Shown here piece by piece: positions 1 through 11,558 of a stretch of 64,000 nt of DNA. Position numbers and translations under genes: made by a program. How positions within the stretch are numbered: position 1 is the first letter of the stretch; every line of letters begins with the position of its first letter. The DNA is from Setoptus koraiensis (taxonomy: Eukaryota; Animalia; Arthropoda), in the NCBI GenBank assembly GCA_048013815.1, contig CM106585.1:19406001-19470000 (forward strand), written 5' to 3'. The notes beneath the pieces are model-generated. The model was not told the origin of the DNA. It searched no databases and saw nothing but the letters and a program-made list of their open reading frames with translations.

Positions 1-2234
1 ACTCAACAGACAAGATACCAGAGACGTTGCTCAATTCTTACTGTTGGGTACAAAGTACTTTTACAGTGCCACAAGCATGCAATCAACGCGTCGGAATAGA
101 TATACCCTACCCGTGCATAGATAATTCGCGCGGACGCGAAATTAAAATGTTCGCCTATTACCAATGGGTGGGAATTGTGTTATTTATCCAAGGACTTTTA
201 TTCCATTTACCTTATTACCTGTGGAAAATATGGGAAGCGGGTCTGATACGAGCAAGTGAGTAATAAATGTGTACACAAATAAATTATTTCATTATTAATT
301 CAGTATATTGTCTAACTTCCGCTTTAGTGTATTCAGAATTTGGCGGAATCTTAAGCGAAAAAATCTAACATGTATATTCTGAAACATCGTTACACCAATT
401 ACAAAATTCCACAGTTACAACCGGATTGAGGGTGACCGTATTGAGCGACATTGAACGATGCAAGAAAAAGGAAATAGTCATCGAGTATTTGCACAAACAT
501 ATGGGCTACCACAAGTCGTATGCGTTGAGATACTTCATTTGTGAATTATTTTGTCTTCTCAATCTGCTGCTTCAATTGTGGGCCACAGATAAATTTTTCG
601 ACGGGCAATTTGTAAGCTATGGTCTCGATGTTATTAGATATTCTTCGCCCGCTGGAGAGAACCAGCACCAGCATACGTCCAATTTGAATAATCACAATGA
701 CGACAACTACAACCGGCATATTGATAGGGTGGCCCAGGGCTACAGTCACAACCAATTGATGGCGATATCAAATAATATCACATCAATTGAGCCCAGAGTT
801 GACCCAATGGTAAGTCTATTTAGGGTCTAATTTTGTCCCAGGAAAAATCGCTTGCTCTTCGTGACTCTCGTCGTTCGAAAATCTAGCTAACTTATCTGTT
901 TACTTATTGAATATGCTTCATTGTGCAGACCTTCATATTTCCGAGGATAACCAAATGCAGCTATTACGACTTTGGCAGCTCAGGCGACATTCAGAAGCAC
1001 GACGCAATCTGCTTGTTACCTCTCAATATAGTCAATGAAAAAATTTACATAGCCCTCTGGTAAGTGTTAAATCCGACAACATCGCAGCATACCCACTGAA
1101 AAGTGGTACCCATACCCCAATTCTTAAATATTCGTCGCCACTAACCGTCACAACTCATTATAAATCGACGCAATCAGGTTTTGGTTTTTGATTTTGGCCC
1201 TATTAACCTCGATGGTTATTGTCTTCAGATTCTTCATACTTCTTTCCAGAGGAGTCAGAGCGAAGGTGTTACGTTCGCGATGCAAGCTATCGTTGGAAGG
1301 CGATGTGAACATTATATGCCAAAAGGGCGATATCGGCGATTGGTTTCTATTTTATATGATGGCCAACAATTTGGATCCGTTAATTATGAGAGAGATTGTT
1401 GCGGAGATAGCCGATCGCTTAGATCAAGAGATAATGTCCGATAAAGAGACGGAAGCGTTGGCCTCGTTTAGTCGCATTGCTAATTGTGATAATATTAATA
1501 GCAATTTGATCGAACGGCAAGCCGTCAGATCGGCAGATATCATAACATCAAGCAGCACATCAGACAGTATGCTAACTTATACTGGGCAAACGAAGCAACC
1601 AACAGCAAAGACTTCATTGGGCAAGAAGTTCAGGAGGAGATTTAATTTGAAAGGATTCATGAAAGGAGGAAGACTATTTTCATTTGACGACACTTCAGTA
1701 ACTCCGACAGCATCGCATAGGGGCCACATGAAAAGACTCAATTCTCTGCAAGGCGATAGACAGCACCTTTTTAATGGTCAACTTTGTTTAGATTTGGAAG
1801 ATGGCTCCTCCACAACATTTTACCTGAGTAGATCTGAGAGAAAATACGCCAACAAGCAAAACAATAGGCAGTTGGAAATTAAGCAAGATACCGGTGACAG
1901 AGCTCGTCCATCAGTGAAACCAGAGGAATCGGCAGCCTCGTCATCTCGAGATGCTGTTAGCGAAACTCCGGCAGTCAATACTGACTGTCTTCCGTTGCCT
2001 CGCCAAGAGACTTCGGATAGTAATAATTTAACTGAGATAAGACACAGGAACAGAAGTTCGGAGCGCACTGCTTCAAATCAAATGCAAAATTGCCAAACTA
2101 ATACATTGTCATCCTTAGCTCGCCATCTCACATCGTTGGATACCACCAATAATAGTAATGGGACATTATCGTTGGCTCCACCTCTTGCCCGTCAATCAAA
2201 TCGCTCTATGACAGTATTGGATATCTCGAGTTAA
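1..2234 (+). CDS. Innexin (gap-junction protein), 5'-partial, 4 exons visible: <1-255, 415-809, 929-1059, 1178-2234
   Basis: Innexin motifs [91 protein letters not shown] introns 256-414, 810-928 and 1060-1177 join with compatible phases (1, 0, 2). Confidence 0.95.
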
Positions 2235-3088
2235 AAAAATTAATTAACACATAATCATCTATCAGACGTGTTGTGCTAAAAGAAAAAATGATCAGTATTT
2301 GTAGTATTGTGATTAGACTTGCTATTTGTATTTTTTACCATCTATATTTATATCGAAAAACCCAAATAAATATCTTTACACCATACTTATTACGTCATAC
2401 TGCACACAACTCTCGTGAGAACTGACAGGGTACAGACTATGAACAAGGTTTTTAGTTTCTCTTTTCTTCTCGAAGTAGTGAACATGGAATGGACATGTCG
2501 TAGATTGATTTTTTTTTTATTAAAAACGTATAACGTTGACGCACTAATTATGTCTTAACTAGTAATCTATTTAGATTCATTTACTAAAATCAAATGACTC
2601 ATAACTATCTCATTAATAATATATTATCTCTACAAGGTATAATGATGTCAAAATTGACTCAAGTGCCTTTGATGAACCACGAGATGGTGTTTGGCCACAC
2701 TGGTATCTCACATGCATCTGTCACCATTTATCTGACATTGGATGTCGGTAAAGTCCGTTAATTAATTGATTTATGGAATGTCTAATTTACAATGACGGCC
2801 CGTTTGCGACGTTGTTTTATTAACCAGTGCGCACTATTGTTGCAAAGTCCGCCTCTCGCCAATCCAACCGTGTCGAATCAAGCTAGTGATTTTGTTTTGC
2901 GATGAATTGGGTTGAGGTTAGTTGTTGGTTCAATTGGTATCTTTGTATTATAATGGGTATGTTTATGTGTACGTTGACCGGTAGAGGCGAGGTTAATGTG
3001 TGCTATTTCTCGTCATTATCAATCTGTTGTTGTATGTTGGTTAAGCATATCAGACAATTGTTGTTATAGACAGATTTTTGATTTTGTT

Positions 3089-3265
3089 TCAAAAACAGCA
3101 TAAGAAAAAAGGATGTAAGTGAATATAAAAAATGATAGACATTCCAAAGGTTGGATGGGGCAGGTAGGAGGGGGGCAGGGGATGAAAGAGCGCATCTGAA
3201 AGAATTACGTAACATTGCGCAGCCAGTAAGACAGAGACGCAGATGGAGCGCAAAATTGTTGCCAT
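3089..3265 (-). CDS. Possible small secreted peptide or first exon (MATILRSICVSVLLAAQCYVILSDA...)
   Basis: ATG at 3265 is followed by a signal-peptide-like hydrophobic stretch. No homology recognised and no clear downstream exon. Confidence 0.25.
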   Translation of the reverse strand: MATILRSICVSVLLAAQCYVILSDALFHPLPPSYLPHPTFGMSIIFYIHLHPFFLCCF

Positions 3266-3467
3266 TGTCGGATAGGGGAATCCGTGGAACAATCCACAGC
3301 CGATGACTGTAGTATTTCTTCTTTTGTTTCTGGGAAAATTTGACTTGCTGTTGAACTGGACTAATCGAAAAATCTAACGCGTTGTTGGCTGTCCTATGGA
3401 ATGTCCAGCAGTCACTTCAATCATTTCCGGTTCGGATGATGCCAGTCCTAGGATGTGATTTTCGTTT

Positions 3468-5944
3468 TCATTCGTCGGCGCTAGCCGACACTTCAACACC
3501 GTCGCCAGCTGACGCCAGGGCATCACCGCCGCTTGCTTCTGCCAGGGCGGAATCGTCGGAGCCCGCCACCGCCAAGGCTGACGATCTGCTCAATGAGGCG
3601 GCCGCGGCCGCTGCGGCCGAAGAACTTTCATTGGGCACGGGCAAAAAATTGCCGCTCGACGACGAGGCCGAGGCCGATGCCGACGAGAGACTCTCCTTCG
3701 GGAGCGAGTACTCCAGGCCAGAGTGCTGGCCTCCGTCAACCCGAACTTTCACCTGAGAGCTGGTGTCGACAATTTTGCCGGTTGCTCCAATCGAGGGCAT
3801 ACTGAACGATTCGGCGGACGCTCCGGCCTTGCTTGAGTCCACCAAGACATTTCCGTTTTGACCCTGGCGCAAAGCGCTGTGTATATCCTCTACGGCGGCT
3901 GCCGCGGAGGCCGCCGACGCCGACGACGAACTAGAGCTAGAACTGGAGCTTGAACTTGAACTTCCGCTCTGATAAAATTTGTAGTTAGTCGAGTATGAGC
4001 TGGCGGCATTGGCCGTAGCTGTGTCCGCTCTGCTGTCGCCGGCATCCTCGCTCGACGCCGAGTCTGAGTGGGGTGCCGATGATGGCAGGCTGTGTGAGCC
4101 AACTGCTTCGAGCAGCTTCGCCGGATCCTCATCGTGTTTTTTGGCTAGAAGCTCGCCATCGGCGCCCTGCTTCTCGATGACTTCGCCATCTTTGTTCAAT
4201 TTGACCGAACTGATTTCCTTCTCATGTTCGCCATTTTCATTTTCTGTCTCAACTATGGTTTCAATTTCTGTAACTTGTGCGGGCGCGATTTTTTTCACTA
4301 TTGTTGGAGGTTTGCTTGTTGTTGCGATTGCAACAACTGCATGTTTGGTGGTGGTCGCTTTTGGCGCACTCTTAGCGGGTGCTGCCGACGGTCGTTTGCT
4401 GCTCGTCGGAGCCTCATGACCGATGGCTGCTAATCTGCTTTTGCCTGTTGCTTTCAGCGCTTTCGGATCAACCGAAGCGGGTTTTTTTGTCGTCGTGGCG
4501 GCTGCCTTGGCGGCAGGCGGACCAGTCTTGGCAGTTTCAAGCTGTTTCTTGACAGTTTGTTTGGGCGCTTTGGTTCTATTCAGGCTAGATATGACGTCTG
4601 TCGGGTGAAATAGACGCTCGATTTTGTCTTTGGACATCTGTTGCGGCGCTGCGGTCGCTGGTTCCACGGGCACCTCTTTGTTTTCGAGATTCGGTTCCTC
4701 GTCCGGAGTCAAATCGCCAGAATGAGGCTCCCCTTTGTGTTTCGTTTGCGATTCGAGCTTTCTGTCTAGTTCTTGCGCTTGTATTCTGGCCAATTTCAGC
4801 TTGTTCTGGAGCGCTTGACGTTCGGTTTCGATTCGCAACTTCATCAGTTCTATTTCTTCTTTTTCAGTGACGCCTTTCAATTGCGAACCCGACGAGTCCA
4901 GCACTTTTGTCGAGACTTGGCGACTCTTCGGCTCTCCGGCCGCACCAAAGCCGTCCTCTTTGTTGTTCACTGTCACCTTTATGGTCAATTCTTGTGGCGC
5001 CGGTGTACTCTTGGCAGGCGGAGGAGGACCAGGATGAGGATGCGGATGCGGCGGCGGCGGAGGGGGAGGCGATGGAGGATGGGCACCGGCAGCATGATGT
5101 TCTGTGTTGTTGCTCGCATGCTGATCAGCGTGCTCGGGATGATGAGGCAACTCATGGGGGTGGGGGGCTTCGGGATGAGGCAATTCATGGGGGTGGGGGG
5201 CCTCGGCATGATGATGAGCCTCTGTCTCGTGCTGACTTCCGGTGCTATCCGCGTGTGCAGTTGGAGTGGGCGACAGACTTTGGAAATGGCCGTCGTTTGT
5301 GACTTCGAATTCCTCGTTGACCATGCTGGAATCGCCCCCGATAACAGCCACTGGAACGGCGGCAGAGTTTATGATGATTTCGTTACTTTCGAGAGTTGGT
5401 TTTACAGTGGTTGTTGCGCTGTCGTGATGAGGCGCTGCCGTGCTGGCCCCATGATGGTGATCGGCCAGCTTCGAGGCGCTTGCTGATGGGTGCTGTTCAT
5501 GCGGCTTGTAATCGATGGACAGCTCTTCCGGAACGATAATTATCGGACTGGAGCTGGGTTTAGACGACGGCATCACTACTACGGGCTTGTGGCTCGTTTG
5601 TTCCAATTTATTAGCGCTGTGATGGGTTGTCGGCACCAAAACTATTGGCTTGCTACTAGTTGATGGGTGATGACTGGCATCGTCGATTTTGCTTGGTGCA
5701 GCCTTTTGCTTGTTGGCATCTTGAGATGCTGGCACGATGACGGCCTTGGCTGTCGTGGACACTTTCACCTTTTTACTGGCAACTTGGCTGGGATGGCTGG
5801 TGCTGCCCGGCGCGGGATCTTTCGAATATGCAGCCGGAGTTGTTGCTGGCGTTGTTGACGAGGCTCTGGAGGCAGATGGGTGCTCGAGTTGTTTAGTGAC
5901 GTCGTTGTGCGAACTGGGTTTTGCAGTTGTGCTAGCTGTTTCTT
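3468..5944 (-). CDS. Low-complexity Ser/Ala/His/Pro/Lys-rich ORF; putative exon 3 of the giant secreted structural protein
   Basis: The frame is open from about 6010 to the TGA at 3468 without an in-frame ATG at its start, so it needs an upstream exon. Candidate phase-1 acceptor catcgcAG at 5946-5945. Contains HPEAPHPHEL repeats, poly-Pro, a coiled-coil-like segment (EKEEIELMKLRIETERQALQNKLKLA) and poly-Ser/Ala. Confidence 0.75.
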
Positions 5945-6106
5945 CTGCGATGAGGTGCTCAGTCGCTTTTGTTTTCTCGCCGGAGAGTGCACGATATGAA
6001 TTTTTTATAGATTAGAATAGCCAGAAGTTAGTAACGAAATTTCAAGCACACTGCTTTTTGTAAAATTTTCACGCAATATTACGGAAAAAAATTTTACACA
6101 ATAGTC

Positions 6107-6215
6107 TAGAAAATTTTCTCCGAAAATTTTTTCTTCGAAATTTTGTTCCGAAAATTTTCTCCGAAAATTTTTTCTTCGAAATTTTTTTCCGAAATTTTTC
6201 TCCGAAAACATTCGA
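6107..6215. repeat. Degenerate ~14-15 bp tandem array (GAAAATTTT(T)CT(C/T)C) inside the putative intron
   Basis: About 7 imperfect units visible between the 6255 donor and the 5945 acceptor. Confidence 0.8.
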
Positions 6216-6255
6216 TCTTCGGGAAAATTCGACGGAACCGAGATTCAAAACTCAC

Positions 6256-8364
6256 CTGATGGGCTGCTATCCGGCTCAATGATCCACATCGCCATGATGG
6301 CCTTGGATTTTTTGGGAACAATCTTGCTCACTGTTTGGCTGATGTCGTCGAACACATTTTTTGTGTTGCTGTTGATAGCGCCGGTTTTGTTTGCCATCAA
6401 CAAGAGACCCTTCAAGAGGCTGGAATCTGACTGAACGAAAATATGCTGCTCGCTTGCTGCTGTAGGCTGATGAGTTGTGGCCGCCGCTAAATGTGCTGGC
6501 GCATCAGTTGTCTTGTGGTTCGTTTTTGAGCTCACATGAATATCGGTTGTATTGGCACTCAATCCCGAACGAGAGCCTATCCCTTTAATGCTGGTGGTGT
6601 CTGCATCTGGGACTTCCGAACTATACGAAGACGACCCACCATCATCGGCTGCCTCATCATCGCTGTATTGCTTCTTTTTATTTTGGCTGTTTCTTTTCTT
6701 CCACGCAGCCGTTTCTCTTTGATATGCGTCGCGATCTTTTTTCTTGTATTTTGAGTTCGGAATTGGCGAGCGAACGAGTACAACACCTTTTGACTTCTTC
6801 GAATTCTTGCCCCCTTTATCTTTCTTCGTGGGAACGAGCTTGGATAATTTTTCCTTAGGTTGCTTTGGTTTCGGTGTCTTGGGTTTCTTTTTATTCGATG
6901 CCTGCTTAGATTTGGATCTTTTGAAAGCGGCGCGACTGTCATCGTCGGGTTTCGATGAAGTTGTAACGTTGACATCATGAGGAGCCTCAGTTGTTGTTGC
7001 ACTTGTGTCACCGTCTGGTTTATGCGAAGTGCTTTCGGCCTCTGTCTTGTGTTGCGGTGTCGGTGTGGTTGATTTTGGTGTTGCTGTAGTAGATGGCGCC
7101 TCTTTAGGTGCTGGTGTCTCGCTGGTTGATGGTGCTGCTGTGGTTGATGGGGCTGATGTGGTTGTCTCATGTTCGATATCTGAGCGCTCGCTGCCATCAT
7201 CATCCTCGGCGGTTGCCTCTCTTCGTAAGCGCACCAATATTGAAGCACTTTTGGACGGTTTCTTTGTTGATAATGTTGATGACTTTGGCTTTTTGCTTGC
7301 TGTTTTTGGCTTTTTACTTGCTGATTTTGGCTTCTTTGATGATACACTCGTCTTGGCTAGCGCGGGCGCCTTCGTCTTACTGGCACTCTTGCTCTTCAAT
7401 TTCTTCAACAAACTTACCAAGTCTGGCTTCTTTGAAGCGCTCTTCTTTTTTGCTGGCCCCTTAGTGGACGCCGCTTTTTTCTTCGAAGGAATCTTAGTGC
7501 TGCCCATTTTGTCCAAGCCAGTGGATGGATCCAAGCGACTTTTGGAGGCCTCTCTTTTCTTTCGGCGCCCAGATGCTGCACCGGCAGCCGCACCATTGTT
7601 ATTGATTGGCGAACGGACACCAGCCCCAGCTCTTGCTGCCGCAATAGCGGCGGATTTCGATGCTGCCGCGGCCGCTGAACCTGAACCGGAACCAGACGAT
7701 GCTGCGGAACCGGAACCTGAACCAGACGATGCTGCGGAGCCAGAGCCGGAACCAGACGATGCTGCGGAACCGGAACCTGAACCAGACGATGCTGCGGAAC
7801 CGGAACCTGAACCGGAACTAGATGCTGCCGCTGAACCGGAACTAGCGGATGCCGAGGCTTGTTTTCCAGAGTTGTCGTGTTTCTTCATGAGGCTTTCGCC
7901 CACGTTGGCGATCGCTTTGATTGCCTTGTTTGGTAGCTCGCTCACGTTGTCATTGACTTTCGTAGCAAGATGCGAAACGGTTTTTATGCCCTCGTTTACA
8001 ACGGAACCTGTTACTTTCGAGGCCTTGTTCACAACATCGCTAGCCACATCACCTGTTGCCTCAATGCCACTGCCAAGAACTTTGCCTACGCCGCTGGCGG
8101 CCTTTTTCGCGACATCTAAGCCCGCCTCGAGAGGATGTGTAAGAATGTCCATGCCCTCTTGGTGATCTCGTGCTTTTCTTCTCTCGTGTTGGAGTTGGTC
8201 ATCGTTATTTGTCAATAATGAGGTAACACCTTTGATAATACCACTGATGGGATTGTCATCGTGTTCATCACCAGATTTCGAACTGGAACTAGAGGCAGCT
8301 GCCCCACTACCTGCCGACGAGCTAGCCGAGGAGCTGGCCGAAGATCCGTTGCCCGAAAAGCCAC
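6256..8364 (-). CDS. Low-complexity Gly/Ser/Ala plus Lys-rich ORF; putative exon 2 of the giant secreted structural protein
   Basis: 715-aa ORF (6245-8392) ending at a canonical donor TCAG|GTGAGT (intron starts 6255). Contains AASSGSGSGS decamer repeats, an amphipathic segment, Lys-rich tracts and RKKR/RLRR multibasic sites. Candidate acceptor aaacatccAG at 8366-8365. Confidence 0.75.
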
Positions 8365-9248
8365 CTGGATGTTTGACCGGTGAAATGACCATGATTTAAT
8401 ATATTTTTGCCTCCATTAAACTGTTTGTTGTGCTGGTGATTGCATTTGGTGTGGGGTACATATCTATATGTTTTGGTATGTTTTTTTTTTGCACGATGAT
8501 GGTGTGTGTGTGTGGGTGCGTATATCTAGATATGTACTAGTATAAATAAAGTTTATCTACAAACATTTGCAAACGTTTGTATATAGACTTATTTGTTGAT
8601 GTCAGTGTTCTTTCGAGCAACAACAACCAATTTCATCATTCACACATTTGACAAATATTAAACAAGAACAATTCTAGTGAGCAATGATACATTCCTTTTT
8701 CTCTCTAGCCATCACAGTTTGCTCTCTCGATGACAAACATCACTGACAGCCTGGCCTATCCGACACACAGTTCACTTGGTCCATCACTTACGGTCCACTT
8801 TGTCCACTTTGAACTTACGCCAAAACTCACCTGATTTTCCCGAGATACCTGTACGCAGGTCACCTACCTTTGGGTTGTTTTGTCTATGACCAATGACAAA
8901 GTGAACTCGCGTCAGATAAATTGCCAGTCAGCTGATCAGATTCTGATTCACCAACGGGTTAGCAGAGCGCTAATTGCTTCTCTCATGGATAGTCTGAAAT
9001 GAGTCTTGTTGGTGAGCAACACGATACCAGAAAAACATCCCCCTTTACGGAGCAGATGATTCTCATATCCGCGTCGATAGAGCTATCATCAGATTGATGA
9101 TTTAGTCGAGTCAGTGAGACAGGTAAAAAGATATAGAGACAGCAGGTGACTGGTGCAAGTGAACATCTCACACTCTACCGAGACAACCAAATCTATGTAT
9201 GCATCACCCCATAAGCACTGTTACAAAACTATGATACATTGTACTTGA

Positions 9249-11558
9249 TTACAAACCTTTGCCTCCGGATGCTGCACCGGCCGCCGATGATCCTCCTCCT
9301 CTACCGCCGGAAGCTGCTCCAGCCGCCGCGCCTCCTGATCCTCCAGAGGCGGCTCCAGCGGCTGAGCCTCCAGAACCGCCGGCCGCGGCTCCAGCTGCTG
9401 ATCCACCGTGTCCGCCAGAAGCTGCTCCCGCTGCAGAGCCGCCCGATCCACCCGAGGCAGCACCGGCCGCTGAACCTCCGTGACCACCGGACGCTGCTCC
9501 CGCTGCTGAACCGCCTGATCCGCCCGAAGCTGCGCCTGCGGCCGATCCACCGTGTCCACCTGATGCAGCTCCTGCCGCCGATCCGCCAGATCCACCTGAT
9601 GCGGCACCAGCTGCCGAGCCTCCAGAACCACCAGACGCTGCTCCTGCGGCTGATCCACCCGAACCACCGGATGCGGCTCCGGCTGCTGATCCACCGTGAC
9701 CGCCTGATGCTGCACCGGCTGCAGATCCACCTGATCCACCTGAAGCTGCACCGGCTGCTGATCCACCTGATCCACCTGAAGCTGCACCTGCTGCTGATCC
9801 ACCGGAACCACCAGAGGCTGCACCAGCGGCTGATCCACCATGTCCACCTGAAGCTGCACCGGCTGCTGAGCCTCCGGATCCACCCGATGCTGCACCAGCC
9901 GCTGAACCTCCATGACTACCAGATGCTGCTCCCGCTGCGGAACCTCCAGAACCACCAGAGGCAGCTCCCGCGGCTGATCCACCTGATCCACCCGAGGCTG
10001 CACCTGCTGCAGAACCACCGTGTCCACCTGATGCAGCTCCTGCCGCCGATCCACCGGATCCACCTGATGCGGCACCAGCTGCCGAGCCTCCAGAACCACC
10101 AGACGCTGCTCCTGCTGCTGAACCTCCATGTCCTCCTGATGCGGCTCCGGCTGCCGAGCCTCCTGATCCACCGGAAGCGGCTCCAGCTGCTGAACCACCA
10201 GAACCGCCAGAGGCTGCTCCAGCTGCTGATCCACCTGAACCACCTGATGCTGCACCAGCGGCAGAGCCTCCGGATCCACCTGAAGCTGCACCGGCTGCTG
10301 ATCCACCTGAACCACCTGAAGCTGCACCGGCTGCTGATCCACCTGATCCACCTGAAGCTGCACCGGCTGCTGATCCACCTGAACCACCTGATGCTGCACC
10401 AGCGGCAGAGCCTCCGGATCCACCAGAGGCTGCACCGGCTGCTGATCCACCTGAACCACCTGAAGCTGCACCGGCTGCTGATCCACCATGTCCACCTGAT
10501 GCGGCACCTGCGGCTGAGCCTCCAGATCCACCTGATGCGGCACCTGCGGCTGAGCCTCCAGATCCACCTGATGCTGCACCAGCCGCTGAGCCACCTGAAC
10601 CGCCTGAGGCGGCTCCAGCTGCTGAACCTCCTGATCCGCCAGACGCTGCACCAGCTGCTGATCCACCTGATCCACCGGAAGCGGCTCCGGCTGCCGAGCC
10701 TCCTGATCCACCGGAAGCGGCTCCAGCTGCAGATCCACCTGAACCACCTGATGCTGCACCAGCTGCTGATCCGCCAGATCCACCTGAAGCTGCACCAGCG
10801 GCAGAGCCTCCAGATCCACCTGAAGCGGCTCCCGCTGCTGAACCTCCGTGTCCACCTGAGGCGGCTCCAGCTGCTGAACCTCCTGATCCGCCAGACGCTG
10901 CACCAGCGGCTGATCCGCCTGATCCACCGGAAGCGGCTCCAGCTGCTGAACCTCCGTGTCCGCCTGATGCGGCACCTGCTGCTGATCCACCAGATCCTCC
11001 GGACGCGGCTCCTGCTGCGGAACCACCAGAACCGCCCGATGCGGCTCCCGCTGCCGAGCCTCCTGATCCGCCTGAAGCTGCACCGGCTGCTGATCCACCT
11101 GATCCACCAGAGGCTGCACCGGCTGCTGATCCACCGGAACCACCAGAGGCTGCACCAGCGGCTGATCCACCATGTCCACCTGATGCGGCTCCCGCTGCTG
11201 AGCCTCCAGATCCACCCGATGCTGCTCCAGCGGCTGCTCCTCTAAGTCCTGCAGCTGCGCCTGCTGCCGCGCCACCGAGTCCGCCCGATGCGGCTCCGGC
11301 TGCTGCTCCGGCTAGACCGGCCGCGGCTCCTGCCGCCGATCCGCCAAGTCCTCCTGCAGCTGCGCCTGCCGCCGCTCCGCCAAATTTACCTGATGCGGCT
11401 CCCGCTGCTGCTCCGGCTAGTCCGGCGGCGGCTCCTGCGGCTGCCATTGAGTTGCCGACTGCCATCATGTGAGGTCTACACTGAACGACACATAACATTG
11501 TTGCCAATGTTAGAGCTATCAGCGTTTTAGCTGTCTGATTTGATAAAAACTTCTTCAT
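9249..11558 (-). CDS. Secreted Gly/Ala/Ser repeat protein, fibroin/silk/cement-like (stand-alone 769-aa ORF, or exon 1 ending at 9257)
   Basis: ATG and signal peptide MKKFLSNQTAKTLIALTLATMLCVVQC, 7 degenerate AAAGAAxG units, then 52 dodecamers SAAGAASGG(S/H)GG at 9330-11201. Third codon positions vary while the peptide is nearly invariant. Confidence 0.9.
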   Translation of the reverse strand: MKKFLSNQTAKTLIALTLATMLCVVQCRPHMMAVGNSMAAAGAAAGLAGAAAGAASGKFGGAAAGAAAGGLGGSAAGAAAGLAGAAAGAASGGLGGAAAGAAAGLRGAAAGAASGGSGGSAAGAASGGHGGSAAGAASGGSGGSAAGAASGGSGGSAAGAASGGSGGSAAGAASGGSGGSAAGAASGGSGGSAAGAASGGHGGSAAGAASGGSGGSAAGAASGGSGGSAAGAASGGHGGSAAGAASGGSGGSAAGAASGGSGGSAAGAASGGSGGSAAGAASGGSGGSAAGAASGGSGGSAAGAASGGSGGSAAGAASGGSGGSAAGAASGGSGGSAAGAASGGSGGSAAGAASGGHGGSAAGAASGGSGGSAAGAASGGSGGSAAGAASGGSGGSAAGAASGGSGGSAAGAASGGSGGSAAGAASGGSGGSAAGAASGGSGGSAAGAASGGSGGSAAGAASGGSGGSAAGAASGGHGGSAAGAASGGSGGSAAGAASGGSGGSAAGAASGGHGGSAAGAASGGSGGSAAGAASGGSGGSAAGAASGSHGGSAAGAASGGSGGSAAGAASGGHGGSAAGAASGGSGGSAAGAASGGSGGSAAGAASGGSGGSAAGAASGGHGGSAAGAASGGSGGSAAGAASGGSGGSAAGAASGGSGGSAAGAASGGHGGSAAGAASGGSGGSAAGAASGGHGGSAAGAASGGSGGSAAGAASGGHGGSAAGAAAGGSGGSAAGAASGGSGGAAAGAASGGRGGGSSAAGAASGGKGL
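9330..11201 (-). repeat. 36-bp coding tandem repeat, 52 units
   Basis: 624 codons = 52 x 12 aa, counted from the ORF translation. Confidence 0.9.

Noticed and set aside
9221-11275. 684-aa (-) and 668-aa (+) ORFs overlapping the Gly/Ala repeat
   Set aside because: Shadow frames of the 36-bp repeat. Only the 9249-11558 frame has an ATG plus signal peptide, invariant residues and third-position variation.
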